A DNA stretch of 64,000 bases from Bdellovibrionales bacterium (GCA_964230645.1 CAXRHT010000002.1:320001-384000); one strand, 5' to 3'; counted from the stretch's first letter, positions 19,538-29,986 are shown. The notes: a model not told the origin generated them from the sequence alone. Made by a program: numbers and translations.

Positions 19538-20089
19538 TTAGCGAATATTTCCCTCATTCATACAAGAGGCCGCAGGATTATCAGCGATCTGACGAGCTTT
19601 TTGATTCATATTGGCTTGTTGCTCAACCATTCCAACAACACAAGAAGAAGCCCCATTTAAACGAACCACGACAAGTGTGTCTTGAGCTTTTGATTCGCCC
19701 GTTTCAGGGTTGTAGGTATCTAGGTTTAAGCGATAGATCAAGGCCGTGTACTCAACCTGATAGCTATTCCAGTCACTTCCTGTTCTTTTATATCTCCACT
19801 CAATTTTAGAGGAACCCATATCATGGAACTGCATTGGTTTAAGAGTTGGGATTCTTACACCTTGATAGGAAAGATCCAAGTTGTAGCGGATATCGCCGCC
19901 AGTGATTGTAACCTTGTATCCACCCATAGCCGGACACTCTCCAGTATAAAAATCGATGGGACCATTATCCATTTCACTTGAAGTGACAGTCACACAGTCT
20001 TTAACGTCGACAGAGGTATAAACCGATTGCGTCTGAGCGCTTGCGGAATAGGCCACTACACTTAATAAGGCAATTAGGATCGCTTTCAT
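19538..20089 (-). CDS. Secreted hypothetical protein
   Basis: AGGAG RBS, signal ending ASA, SVYTS...C...C.AMGG...GD.R...KIEWR. Confidence 0.85.
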   Translation of the reverse strand: MKAILIALLSVVAYSASAQTQSVYTSVDVKDCVTVTSSEMDNGPIDFYTGECPAMGGYKVTITGGDIRYNLDLSYQGVRIPTLKPMQFHDMGSSKIEWRYKRTGSDWNSYQVEYTALIYRLNLDTYNPETGESKAQDTLVVVRLNGASSCVVGMVEQQANMNQKARQIADNPAASCMNEGNIR

Positions 20090-20278
20090 TCATTTCTCCT
20101 TTGGATTTCTTTTAGTAGCAACATGAACCAGTCTCAGTAAATTGACTAGGGCTTTCTCATTGTTTGAAATTTCCACAAAGAAGAGGCTCTTAGGCGTAGT
20201 AGAATTGACTAGAAATTTGACACTCTCGTCACTGGGGAGCTTCTTTCCCAGGGAACTAACAAATTAGAGCTTCAACCC

Positions 20279-20656
20279 CTAGGACTCTTTCCTGAGGACG
20301 TTATAGAGAAAACAGCCCCAACCTATTAAGAAAAAGCTTCCACCAATGGGTGTTATCATAGCGGCTACTCTTAATTGCGCCAGAACATATACGTAAAGGC
20401 TGCCACTAAAAACAAGTGTTCCAAAAATAAAGAAGACACCTGTCCATTTTATTAAGACCTTGGGGTGCTGACTATTCCACAAACCGAGAGCTAAAAGGGC
20501 AAAGGCATGAAAGCCAAGATACTCATTGGCCGTAGCAAGAGTGTCGAGTTTTTCTGGGGTCAGGATTTTTTCAAGCCCGTGTGCTGCAAAGGCTCCCAGT
20601 GCGACAAACAAAAAACCAAAAACACATCCCCACACCAACCACAATTTTGCCATCAC
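20279..20656 (-). CDS. DUF423 (YgdD/TMEM256) membrane protein
   Basis: GAFAAH, FSGSLY, TPIGG. Confidence 0.9.
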   Translation of the reverse strand: MMAKLWLVWGCVFGFLFVALGAFAAHGLEKILTPEKLDTLATANEYLGFHAFALLALGLWNSQHPKVLIKWTGVFFIFGTLVFSGSLYVYVLAQLRVAAMITPIGGSFFLIGWGCFLYNVLRKES

Positions 20657-21927
20657 TGATCTCCAAAAAGAGGCTCAAACTTCTGCCAACATTTATAATA
20701 ATCTTTATCTAACAAATCAGAATTCATCGCTTGTTCGGTGGGTTGAAAAACTTGTGAGGTTTCAAACATAAACGCCATGGTCTGATCCACTTTCTCAGGT
20801 TTATCATCACCTTTAATGGCTTTACTAAAGGTTTCTGTATCCGGTCCATGAGCCGACATTCTGTTATGAAGGCTTGAGCCGCCGGGTAAAAAACCCTCCT
20901 CTTTGGCGTCGTATACGCCCTCAATTAACCCCATATACTCATTCATAAAATTGCGATGATAATAAGGGGGTCTAAAAGTATTCTCGCCCACAAGCCAACG
21001 GGGAGGAAAAATGACAAAGTCCACATTGGCAAGCCCTGGGGTGGAAGTGGGAGAGGTTAATACGGTGTAAATAGAAGGATCGGGATGATCATAAGAGACA
21101 GTTCCCATGGTATTAAAGTCTCGTAAGTCGTATTTGTAGGGAGAGTAGTTACCATGCCAGGCCACAACATCGAGAGGAGAGTGCCCCACTTCATACTGCC
21201 AAAAAGAGTGATGGAATTTCGAAACCACCTGATGGGTTTGTTTTTTATTTATGTAATGAGCCACAGGAAATTTAAAGTCACGTGGGTTGGCCAGTCCATT
21301 GGAGCCAATGGGTCCGAGGTTAGGAAGAGTGAGAGGGGCTCCCATATTTTCCCCCAAATACCCCATACATAGGCCTTTTTGTTTCGGATTGACTTGAAAT
21401 TTAATTCCGCGCGGAACCACCACAATTTCTTGAGGACCGGCTTCAATCACTCCCAATTCGGTGACAACAGAGATCTCACCTTTTACAGGAATAAAAACCA
21501 ACTCACCATCAGCATTATAGAAAACTCTCTCTCCCATGGATTTATTGAAAGCATAGTTGTGAACGGCGACTTTTGAATCGGCGGTGGTGACCATAGAAAA
21601 AACACCTTCGACAAAGTCTGTTTCACTTTTTGGCTCGTCCATAGGTTTCCAACGAAATCGCTCAGGACTTGCTGGCCGCTCATTTGCAAACTTTGAAGTC
21701 CAAGATTTTTGAACAAAGGGCGAATAGGGACCATGGAAGGTGGAAGGGTGAATACGGTAGAGCCAAGAGCGAAGATTCTCTGATCTTTGCATAGTAAAAG
21801 CACTGCCAGAGAGCTGCTCCGGTATGAGACCTTTTAAAGGCTTACGAGGTGAATTTTGCCCCTCAGGCAAACAACCCTCTATGGCCTCTGTTTCAAAAAA
21901 ATTACCAAATCCTGTTTGATAGTGCAT
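20653..21927 (-). CDS. hmgA: Homogentisate 1,2-dioxygenase
   Basis: EQLSGSAFT, RSWLYRI.P, DVVAWHGNY, DHPDPSI.TVLT, FRPPYYHRN, SLHN.MSAHGPD, MAFMFET. Confidence 0.97.
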   Translation of the reverse strand: MHYQTGFGNFFETEAIEGCLPEGQNSPRKPLKGLIPEQLSGSAFTMQRSENLRSWLYRIHPSTFHGPYSPFVQKSWTSKFANERPASPERFRWKPMDEPKSETDFVEGVFSMVTTADSKVAVHNYAFNKSMGERVFYNADGELVFIPVKGEISVVTELGVIEAGPQEIVVVPRGIKFQVNPKQKGLCMGYLGENMGAPLTLPNLGPIGSNGLANPRDFKFPVAHYINKKQTHQVVSKFHHSFWQYEVGHSPLDVVAWHGNYSPYKYDLRDFNTMGTVSYDHPDPSIYTVLTSPTSTPGLANVDFVIFPPRWLVGENTFRPPYYHRNFMNEYMGLIEGVYDAKEEGFLPGGSSLHNRMSAHGPDTETFSKAIKGDDKPEKVDQTMAFMFETSQVFQPTEQAMNSDLLDKDYYKCWQKFEPLFGDQ

Positions 21928-22080
21928 GGCGACCTCAATTTTAAAATTTTTGCTGGAGCCTGGTATCGGGAGCAAATATTAGGGGAAATAGGGGGTCTCG
22001 TCAAAGCATGGAGGGCCTGAGCCCCTTCTTTTTTAGGCGAGGATTGATTTAATACCCAATTCGGCCTAAGACAGCCTTCT

Positions 22081-23325
22081 ATGAATTACCGCCAGTTACT
22101 TGCTCAAAATCCTCGCTCTATCGGCTTTGGCTTCCTCCACACCTTTTTTTCAGGCTATGGCCAGACCCACTTTATTTCTCTATATAGTCCCCTCATAATG
22201 TCCACATTTGCGCTTTCTAGCAGCGAATACGGCTCTGTTTACTCTGGGGTGACACTTATCAGTGGAATCCTTATTAGCTTTATTGGCCCTTACATTGATC
22301 GCCACGATGCCCGAAAAATGGGACTCCTGATTGGTGTTGGCCTGATCCTCGCTCAAACCCTTTTAGTGAGTTTACAAAGCCTTGTTGTGGTAGCCATTGG
22401 GATCTTGGGTCTGAGACTTTTCGGACAAGGTTTAAGCTCCTCTCTTTCCTCTATCGCTGTGGCTCGCTATTTTAACAACCAAAGGGGAAAAGCTTTGGCC
22501 TTAAGCCAATTGGGTTTTCCCGTTTTTGAAGGACTTATCACTCCCCTTGGTGCTTTTCTTCTTCCACTCCTTGGCCCCCAAATGTTTGGAGGCCTCATTG
22601 TTTTAAGTCTTCTTATTTTTCACATACCGATGAATTGGCGCATCACTGGAAAATTAAAAGACTTCAACCTGCCGGCACTGAATGAAGAAAGCTCAGACCC
22701 AAGGGATTTCAAAAATCAAGGTTGGACCCGAGGCCGAGTCTTTAAACACCCCACTGTTTATTTTTTAATTCCCCACGTATTGATGCCCCCTTTTGCTTTA
22801 ACAGGGGTCTTTTTTCATCAAGCGGTTTTAGCTGAACAAAAAGGTTGGTCATTAAGCCTTATGGCCTCAGGCTTATTCTTTTTTGCCATTGGAAGGATTT
22901 GCAGCTCGTTTTTGACAGGCCCCTTAGTGGACAAACTGACCGCCGTTAAATTATTTACTTTTTACCAATTCCCTTTGTGTCTTGGTTTTTTAATTTTCTA
23001 TCTCACCGACTCTGTTTGGGCCCCTGGTCTTTGTTTTTTACTTTTTGGTCTGGCTGTAGGAAGTGGTGGTCCAATCAAATCGGCCATTTGGGCGGAACTC
23101 TATGGAGTCAGGCACCTTGGCGCTATTAAAAGCTTGTTCGCAACTTTTATGATCTTTTCAACCGCCGCAAGCCCTGCCCTTTTTGGTTTTGCTATTGATC
23201 ACTGGAATCGGCCGGACACCTTATTTTTTAGTCTGTTTTGCTTAAGTCTTCTTACAACACTTCTAGCCTTTATTGGGCTAAAGATTATGGCTGAGGTAAC
23301 AGACTTTAACAAAAGTGATTTTTAA
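22081..23325 (+). CDS. MFS transporter
   Basis: About 12 hydrophobic segments; GPYIDRHD, RGKAL, WAELYG.RHLG.I. Confidence 0.9.
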   Translation: MNYRQLLAQNPRSIGFGFLHTFFSGYGQTHFISLYSPLIMSTFALSSSEYGSVYSGVTLISGILISFIGPYIDRHDARKMGLLIGVGLILAQTLLVSLQSLVVVAIGILGLRLFGQGLSSSLSSIAVARYFNNQRGKALALSQLGFPVFEGLITPLGAFLLPLLGPQMFGGLIVLSLLIFHIPMNWRITGKLKDFNLPALNEESSDPRDFKNQGWTRGRVFKHPTVYFLIPHVLMPPFALTGVFFHQAVLAEQKGWSLSLMASGLFFFAIGRICSSFLTGPLVDKLTAVKLFTFYQFPLCLGFLIFYLTDSVWAPGLCFLLFGLAVGSGGPIKSAIWAELYGVRHLGAIKSLFATFMIFSTAASPALFGFAIDHWNRPDTLFFSLFCLSLLTTLLAFIGLKIMAEVTDFNKSDF

Positions 23326-23327
23326 GT

Positions 23328-23867
23328 TCACTCACCACAAGACTGAAAATGACGATCTTCTATGCTTTGAAGCAAGGCCAGCAGTGCCTCATTGTTTTTA
23401 CAAAGTTTTGTGGGAGCCCGTGGACATTCGTTGCCTCGTCCCAATGCCACCTTATGATTATCAATGGATAAGAAAAGCTCTGCATGAGGATAGGCTAAGT
23501 CCATAGTGCATACCACCTCATTACTGGCAGGCGTGATCGGGACGTCTTGACAAATTTCAGCCCCTTCAAGGAGTTGCCGCAAGTCTTTTGTCATTCCCTG
23601 GTCCAAACACAGTCCCATCCAATTGCCTGTCGGATCTCTTAAAACCTCACCGGAATCAAGATCGATATCAATCCCATCTTCTACAGCCTGATACAACCTT
23701 GTCGGGCGTAAGTTAACGGGCTTTGAAACATCCACCACTCCGGCTAATGTTTTTTCTTGAGTCTTTTCCGGTTGAAACTCACCTGTCTGGTGATTTTGGT
23801 TTTCTGCGCAATTTTGATAGGAAACAAAACTTATGATGGCAAGTGCGAGAAGAATAACGATTTTCAC
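23328..23867 (-). CDS. Lipoprotein, hypothetical
   Basis: Signal ending YQNC; several Cys. Confidence 0.8.
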   Translation of the reverse strand: MKIVILLALAIISFVSYQNCAENQNHQTGEFQPEKTQEKTLAGVVDVSKPVNLRPTRLYQAVEDGIDIDLDSGEVLRDPTGNWMGLCLDQGMTKDLRQLLEGAEICQDVPITPASNEVVCTMDLAYPHAELFLSIDNHKVALGRGNECPRAPTKLCKNNEALLALLQSIEDRHFQSCGE

Positions 23868-23880
23868 TTTTAATCCGTCC

Positions 23881-24603
23881 TTAGTTGTTAAGAGCGCCTA
23901 AATTGATCCATTGAGCCAAGGCCTGTAATTCCGCTTGAGTTAGGGGTGTGTCCCCACCACGAGGTTCAGATCCATTGGCGGTGTGAATGAAAACTCCACT
24001 GGCACCGGCATTTCCTGGGACCACGAGCCCTGTATTAATGGTGTTGACGTAACTGGTGTAATCGATGCTCGGCGCCTCTGCATCGCTTGCATGACAACTG
24101 ACACATTTGGGTTCAAATACGTTTTCAAATAAAGAAGTATAAGTGGGTTGTACACCCTCACCCACTCCAATAAGACCACCGTTAGCGATCAATTCATCGG
24201 ACCACGCTTTGATGGCCTCTTCGAGATCATCAGCTCTAGCTTGCGGAATGCCGCGACCATTATGACTGCCGTCGCGAATTTTCTCTACCATTTCCGAGGA
24301 GGCCGGATCTCTTAGGTTCACCAGACCAAAAGAGATGGTAACATCATGGGCAAAATTCATGTCACTGACAGAATGAAGGGGCTGCTGATTCACACCATGA
24401 CAGTCTTTGCAGGAACCCTCTTCTTGAGTGAGTGGATAAAGAGTGCGTTCATAAGCCACCAGAGATTTGGCCATATCAACGTCATCACTGGTTGTGCCTT
24501 CACTGTCCTGAATCACTGTGTTCAGTTCTTCATGTCGGGCGGAGCAGTTTTGAAAAAGCAAAACCGCTAAAGCCACCCCAAACATCCAAATGAAGCCTTT
24601 CAT
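23881..24603 (-). CDS. Di-heme c-type cytochrome lipoprotein (planctomycete cytochrome c-like C-terminal domain)
   Basis: FQNC signal; CKDCH and CVSCH; LVVPGNA..S...L...ELQAL..WI..GA. Confidence 0.85.
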   Translation of the reverse strand: MKGFIWMFGVALAVLLFQNCSARHEELNTVIQDSEGTTSDDVDMAKSLVAYERTLYPLTQEEGSCKDCHGVNQQPLHSVSDMNFAHDVTISFGLVNLRDPASSEMVEKIRDGSHNGRGIPQARADDLEEAIKAWSDELIANGGLIGVGEGVQPTYTSLFENVFEPKCVSCHASDAEAPSIDYTSYVNTINTGLVVPGNAGASGVFIHTANGSEPRGGDTPLTQAELQALAQWINLGALNN

Positions 24604-24759
24604 GAACGCCCCCAAAACATAGAAAAACCGCTGGAAATATTATTTCGCGGAACAGCTTTAAGTATCTCACAATTCTGGGGAATTTACGAAATTCTAGACT
24701 CCTGGCTGGCTTAAAAAGAGATACTCTCGCCCGAGCCAATCTTATTTTGAAACAAAGTT

Positions 24760-24793
24760 AAAAAAAAAGCCCGCTTTGGAAAACAAGCGGGCT
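24760..24793 (-). terminator. Intrinsic terminator
   Basis: A-tract plus AGCCCGCTT/AAGCGGGCT stem downstream of the DUF885 gene. Confidence 0.75.
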
Positions 24794-24823
24794 GTAAAGG
24801 TCTATAAAAATTGACAGGTTTTT

Positions 24824-26659
24824 TTATAAATTCGCTGTCTTTTTCGTAGGTTTAGGCTTTTCTTTTTGAATGTATCGATCCACCTGTCTTTCTAAAATAT
24901 CAAGGGGGATTGAACCACTGGTCAAAATAGTTTCATGAAATTTGCGAATATCAAATTTTTGCCCCAAGGCTTTAATGGCTTTGCCACGCAGATCGAGGAT
25001 TTTTAACATTCCTGTCATATAGGCTGTGGCCTGACCAGGCATCACGATATAACGATTGATTTGGCGGACGTTATCATCATGGTCACTGGGTAGATTTTCA
25101 TCAAGGTACTTGATGGCCTCTTCTCTGGTCCACTTTTTCCAATGCAGCCCTGTGTCCACGACGAGTCGACAAGCCCTGGTGAGTTCCATTGAGAGTCGTC
25201 CAAAATCAGAATAAGGGTCTTTGTAGTATCCATACTCTTTTGGAAACCTTTCTGAATAAAGCCCCCAACCCTCTATATAGGCCGTGTAGTGGGAGGTTCT
25301 ACGGAACAAAGGCTGTTTGTCCATTTCAAGGGCGATGGATAACTGCATATGATGCCCAGGGATACCTTCATGGTAAGCCAAAGCCTCGGCCTCCCAAGTG
25401 GGTACAGCTTTCATATTATAGAGGTTTACATAATAAGCCCCGGGCCTAGTTCCATCCAAATCGGGTGACTGATAGAAAGCCAAGCCCGCGCTTTTTTCGC
25501 GATAAGGCTCCACCGGTCGCACTTCGATAGGGGCTTCCGGCTTGGTGATAAAAAATCGATCCAAATCCTTTCTCATATTGTCGATGAGGCTCTTAGCCTT
25601 TTTCAAATACTTCTGCTTACCGGATTTGTTATTGCTATAAAAAAACTTGGGACTTGTTTTCATATATTGAAAAAAGGCTTTCAGATCTCCTTTAAAGCCC
25701 ACCTGTTTTCGAATAGCATTCATTTCTTTATGAATGCGCTTCACATTTTCCAAACCATTCTCATGGATTTCTTTGGGAGAAAGATCGGTTGTCGTCATTT
25801 GCCTGAGGCGAACTTTATAAAACTTCTCGCCTTTAGGAAACTTCCAAACACCGTGATCTTTAGTCGCTCGCTTTTCTTGCTTCTTTAAAAAAGCGATCAA
25901 TTGCTCATAACCGGGCTTAACCGAGTTAAGTAGAGCTTTTCGACCTTTCTCCTCATACTCTTTGTTCTTCTCTTTAGAGAGCTTTAGAGATTTTAACTTC
26001 TTTTTAAAATCATCATAGAGAGGTGAGTCCTCTTTGGAGTTATCAAAGGGTTTTCCTGAAATAATATTTTTAGAATCCGAGAGAACAAGAGGAAAGACAA
26101 ACTTCGGCGGAATCACACCAATGTTTTCTGAGCGCATCAGTTGGTTCACCACTTCAGCCAAAGTCGTTCGAAATTGATTCAAGCGTGCTATGTAGTTTTG
26201 AAGATCTTTTTCTTTCTTCACCTTATGGAGATTCATCATTAGGTCCGCCAATTCCGTTTGAGTTCCAAACATTTGATTGACGATGTAGATATGATCATTC
26301 CACTGGATCTCTTCGATTTCGGTTTCTAAGTGCGCTTTAAAAACATCATAATTGAGCTGATCATCAGAATTGAGCTCAGAGCGATCAAAGGTATTTAAAA
26401 TTTTTAAATGCTTTTTGAGCATTTGCTGAGTTTCCTCTTCATAGGCTTTGGAGCGATTGGAAAGCTGATCTTGCTTGCGATCAATACCGTACCAAGTCAG
26501 ATACTCAGGATAACGATCGAGGTATTTGTTATAGCTCCAGTCATAAAAAGAATTGAGTTTTTCAAGCTCCGTGTCTCCTTTTAAGGGAGGGCGACTCGGG
26601 GCACAAGCGGCGACGAGAAAAGCTAAACTTAACAAAATAGAAAAAAACGAATGGGTCAT
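24824..26659 (-). CDS. DUF885 family lipoprotein (metallopeptidase-like)
   Basis: LVAAC lipobox; HEGIPGHHMQ, EGWGLYSE, RLVVDTG.H, PGQATAY. Confidence 0.92.
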   Translation of the reverse strand: MTHSFFSILLSLAFLVAACAPSRPPLKGDTELEKLNSFYDWSYNKYLDRYPEYLTWYGIDRKQDQLSNRSKAYEEETQQMLKKHLKILNTFDRSELNSDDQLNYDVFKAHLETEIEEIQWNDHIYIVNQMFGTQTELADLMMNLHKVKKEKDLQNYIARLNQFRTTLAEVVNQLMRSENIGVIPPKFVFPLVLSDSKNIISGKPFDNSKEDSPLYDDFKKKLKSLKLSKEKNKEYEEKGRKALLNSVKPGYEQLIAFLKKQEKRATKDHGVWKFPKGEKFYKVRLRQMTTTDLSPKEIHENGLENVKRIHKEMNAIRKQVGFKGDLKAFFQYMKTSPKFFYSNNKSGKQKYLKKAKSLIDNMRKDLDRFFITKPEAPIEVRPVEPYREKSAGLAFYQSPDLDGTRPGAYYVNLYNMKAVPTWEAEALAYHEGIPGHHMQLSIALEMDKQPLFRRTSHYTAYIEGWGLYSERFPKEYGYYKDPYSDFGRLSMELTRACRLVVDTGLHWKKWTREEAIKYLDENLPSDHDDNVRQINRYIVMPGQATAYMTGMLKILDLRGKAIKALGQKFDIRKFHETILTSGSIPLDILERQVDRYIQKEKPKPTKKTANL

Positions 26660-26789
26660 TAAAAGCTCCTTAAGATCCACCCATATTGAAGGACATAGGG
26701 CATTTCCGCATTGCTCAACTCGTCAAAACCCTGAGCTGATTCTTGCTTTGGAGCGGTGTTTCTGGCACTCTTTTTTATCGAGGTGGGAA

Positions 26790-27029
26790 ATGATCGAGAT
26801 GAAAACCCAAGAGGACCTGCGTAATTCCATTCAAGCCATTGTGGTGAAAGATTATGGCGACTTTAAACGTAAAGTCGTTACCTACTTAAATCGCTACTCA
26901 GAAAACAATCAACTCTCAGAAGAACAAGAAAAGCATATGTTTTTTATGAAGTGGTACATCCAATACCACCCCACCCATGAACTCAACGAAACAAAACTAT
27001 GGACGCTCAACCAGATTGAAAAACTATAA
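26790..27029 (+). CDS. Small hypothetical protein
   Basis: GAGGTGG RBS before ATG 26790; fills the intergenic gap. Confidence 0.6.
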   Translation: MIEMKTQEDLRNSIQAIVVKDYGDFKRKVVTYLNRYSENNQLSEEQEKHMFFMKWYIQYHPTHELNETKLWTLNQIEKL

Positions 27030-27654
27030 ACCCTCAATATTAGCCTACTTTTTAATCCTCCCTCTCTTCCCCCAAAGTCTTTGGAAGCCCATCACCTTTG
27101 ATGGTGTTCCCAAAAATCAAGTCTACTATTCAAAAGAAAAAGTAAAAATCAAGGTACAGAACTCGGCCTCCCCTCTAATTTACCCCTTTGATAAGCCTAA
27201 AAAAGTAGCAGGCCTAAGCGTTGAAGCTGAACTCATCGGGACACTTCCCCGCCTCCCCCAGGGCAAAGCTCAGGGGCTTAAAGAAACAGATGACTATGTT
27301 CTAAGGATTGGCCTCATTTTAAAAGGCGATTCAAAACTGAACTGGATGCAAAGACAAATGGCGCCTAGCTGGCTTGTTGAAATGGAAAAGCTTGTACCTG
27401 CACCTTACGGGATCAAACATGTGGAGTTTTTCACCACCTGTCTTAACTCGATTAAAAAAGGAAAACGCCAGGCTCACTATATGAATGAAAAGTTACAGGA
27501 GACTTGCGTTACGCCTTTAACCAAACCTGGAAAATTTAAAATTGAAAAAGATTTTTCTGAAAGCTTCGAAGTGCTTGGATTGTGGGTCGCATCCGACGCC
27601 GACCAATTAAAAAATCAGTTTGAAGTTCATATTCATAAAATTGAATTAAATTAA
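27016..27654 (+). CDS. DUF3047-like exported protein
   Basis: Probable TTG start; SAS.L, DDYVLRIG, GLWVASDAD. Confidence 0.6.
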   Translation: MKNYKPSILAYFLILPLFPQSLWKPITFDGVPKNQVYYSKEKVKIKVQNSASPLIYPFDKPKKVAGLSVEAELIGTLPRLPQGKAQGLKETDDYVLRIGLILKGDSKLNWMQRQMAPSWLVEMEKLVPAPYGIKHVEFFTTCLNSIKKGKRQAHYMNEKLQETCVTPLTKPGKFKIEKDFSESFEVLGLWVASDADQLKNQFEVHIHKIELN

Positions 27655-27657
27655 AAA

Positions 27658-27891
27658 CTAGTTACAAGTGAAAAGCATTTTATAAGCTTTATAAGAACCC
27701 TGTGGTCCTCCGACTCGGTCCATTCGCACACTGCGTACCACAGAATATCCGCGCCGGCAGTGATTTCTCGCTTTTAGGTGACACTGCTGCAACCAGTACT
27801 TGCAGTCAACTTGATGCTGTTGCCGGGGGGCCTCATGGCTGGCACAAGAAGCAAAAAAGAATAAAGTAGTGAGGCATAAGCTTTTTAGCAT
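27658..27891 (-). CDS. Small Cys-rich lipoprotein
   Basis: FFASC lipobox; C...C..KA...C..GY; C-terminal FTCN. Confidence 0.7.
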   Translation of the reverse strand: MLKSLCLTTLFFFASCASHEAPRQQHQVDCKYWLQQCHLKARNHCRRGYSVVRSVRMDRVGGPQGSYKAYKMLFTCN

Positions 27892-27971
27892 AACCCTATC
27901 ATCACCTAGGAAGCTTTTAAGCGCAATCCTCACTGAAGGGAGATCCTTTTTAATTCCGACGAAAGACTTGC

Positions 27972-28005
27972 AAAAAAAAGCCTTTCACTAGGAAATGTGA
28001 AAGGC
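27972..28005 (-). terminator. Intrinsic terminator
   Basis: A-tract plus GCCTTTCAC/GTGAAAGGC stem. Confidence 0.65.
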
Positions 28006-28033
28006 CTTCTTGAATTTTAGTTTGTTAATTCGA

Positions 28034-28534
28034 TTACAATTCTAATTTAATTGAAACTTCCGCATCAACAAGCTGGCAGGCTTCGTCTGGTGCTACATCT
28101 GTACCGGCAATAGGACCCGCGTTAAAAGTTAAACGAACCAAACGTGAAGAGGACCCAAGGCCTTCATCGTCTCCAAAAGTAAGAGTGGAAATGAGATTAC
28201 CGTTACCGTTCTCATAGGCTTTTGAACCATACCAGGGGCTTTTGCCTTGAGAGACGTTCTTACGTGTTTGCTTCACTACGACTTCAAAGTCGGTAGCCGA
28301 GGGGCCATACTGCCTGGGTGCATCCATCATCCAAGCCACAGCAACGTTTGCACACTGAGCCACTATTGAAGAATAAGAATCGGGCTCATTTTGACTTGTG
28401 GGTTGCGGAGAAGGCGACACACAGCTCGGTCCACCCGTTAAAGCTTTGCCATCACAATTATTACCCTCAAAAGCATTTTGACCAAAGGCCAGTGAAGACG
28501 CCAATAGAAGGGAGAGTATTAATCCAGTTTTCAT
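28034..28534 (-). CDS. Secreted hypothetical protein
   Basis: AAGGA RBS; signal ending AFG. Confidence 0.8.
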   Translation of the reverse strand: MKTGLILSLLLASSLAFGQNAFEGNNCDGKALTGGPSCVSPSPQPTSQNEPDSYSSIVAQCANVAVAWMMDAPRQYGPSATDFEVVVKQTRKNVSQGKSPWYGSKAYENGNGNLISTLTFGDDEGLGSSSRLVRLTFNAGPIAGTDVAPDEACQLVDAEVSIKLEL

Positions 28535-28792
28535 TCGTATATCCTTTTCTTTGTTTTGTTTTGCTTGCCTAGTTATATCAATAACTTAGAGAAAATCCCG
28601 TGATTTCCCACAGGCCTGAAATATTTCCTTAAATGTGAGACTAAAAAATAGACAAAAAGAGCAATTACAATAAAGTGAAAGGCTCTCTTTAAAAGAAATT
28701 CAGTATTTACAATAATAGCTGTGTCCTCGCAGACTCTGCCTTAGTTCTACTTGAAAGAACCATTCCCATAGACAGCCCCCTTAGGAGGAGCC

Positions 28793-29986
28793 ATGAAGAC
28801 ACTTTTATTTTTCTCGGTTTTATTTTACCTACCCGTTCTCATTGCTTTTGAGCCCTGTGCTGATATTTCTGCTGAGCCCACTGATGCTCCAAAGCTCTAC
28901 GAGATTGTTCCCGTAAAGAGGGGTGCGAAACTCTCTGCCGTAAAAAGCTCAACTCTGATTGACCCTCGACAAATTTTTGAAGCCGTCAATGAGAATCACC
29001 GCTTTACCACTTATCGCTGTTGGGATAAAAATCACAACACCACAGGTTTTGATCCTCAGCTTATAACAGAAATCGTAGCCCACTCAGGTCAATACAAATA
29101 CATTCGCTTTCACTCTATCCCTTGGGAAGAGCCCACAGGAGAGCCGATTAGTTTTTTTAGTCATCTCGATCAAGCACTCCTTAAAGCCTCAAATCTTCAA
29201 ATTGATTCCAACGGGAACATTGCCGGAGGTTCTGTAGCCCAGGCCGGTATGTCTATTACCGAGGAGAGATTGAAGTGGGGCACGATGGTGGGACCGATTT
29301 ACCGTGCAGGTAAGGTTTTAATTGGGCGACTAGCTAATGACCCCAATCTCCTTGAGTCTTTGTCACTTGCGGCTCCGGATCTAAACCTGACAAGCTCTAA
29401 AGTTTTAAAAGACCTTATGAGCCTACCCACTCCAGGAGAAGATCCCTATGAGGCGCTAAGAGGATTGACTCTTGTCACCGAAGGTCACGGCACCATTCGT
29501 GGTGATTATTTTATTGAAATGGAAAAACGCCATCCCGGCACGGTTGCGATTTTGACTCACTCCCCAGAACTAAAAACTCTTGATGGAGAATGGGACGAAA
29601 AGAAACTTAATGTCGTGCTCACTAGTAACGAGATCATCAATGAATTAGTGAACAGTAAACTCCTTACGGGCCAAAAAGTTTTAGGCCTTGATATTGACCT
29701 CACTATGGTCGATTCCGGCTCTATCCATTCTCTTAAAGAGGAAGGAAAAATTGATGGTGAGTTTATCGATGTTGTCACTAGGAATTTAAGTCTTGTCGAC
29801 AAGGAACTCTCTTTTGTTTTTGGTCTAGGCGATGGCATTGTGGTCTCTAAAGCCAACGACGAAATGAAAATGTTTATGGAGAAAAACTTAAGTGCTATTA
29901 TTTGTAGTGGGCGTCTTGAGGAGTTAGTGACAAGATGGTTTAAAGACTCTAATTCTGCGGACCTTAGCTGGGCTGATTGTCAGTAG
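28793..29986 (+). CDS. Family 3 periplasmic substrate-binding-like protein with insertions
   Basis: TGFD..L, GMSITEERLK, GIVVSKAN...SGRLEELVTRWF; AGGAGG RBS. Confidence 0.65.
   Translation: MKTLLFFSVLFYLPVLIAFEPCADISAEPTDAPKLYEIVPVKRGAKLSAVKSSTLIDPRQIFEAVNENHRFTTYRCWDKNHNTTGFDPQLITEIVAHSGQYKYIRFHSIPWEEPTGEPISFFSHLDQALLKASNLQIDSNGNIAGGSVAQAGMSITEERLKWGTMVGPIYRAGKVLIGRLANDPNLLESLSLAAPDLNLTSSKVLKDLMSLPTPGEDPYEALRGLTLVTEGHGTIRGDYFIEMEKRHPGTVAILTHSPELKTLDGEWDEKKLNVVLTSNEIINELVNSKLLTGQKVLGLDIDLTMVDSGSIHSLKEEGKIDGEFIDVVTRNLSLVDKELSFVFGLGDGIVVSKANDEMKMFMEKNLSAIICSGRLEELVTRWFKDSNSADLSWADCQ

Noticed and set aside
19381..19809. 142-aa plus-strand ORF
   Set aside because: It overlaps a well-supported minus-strand gene and its terminator and has no recognisable motif.
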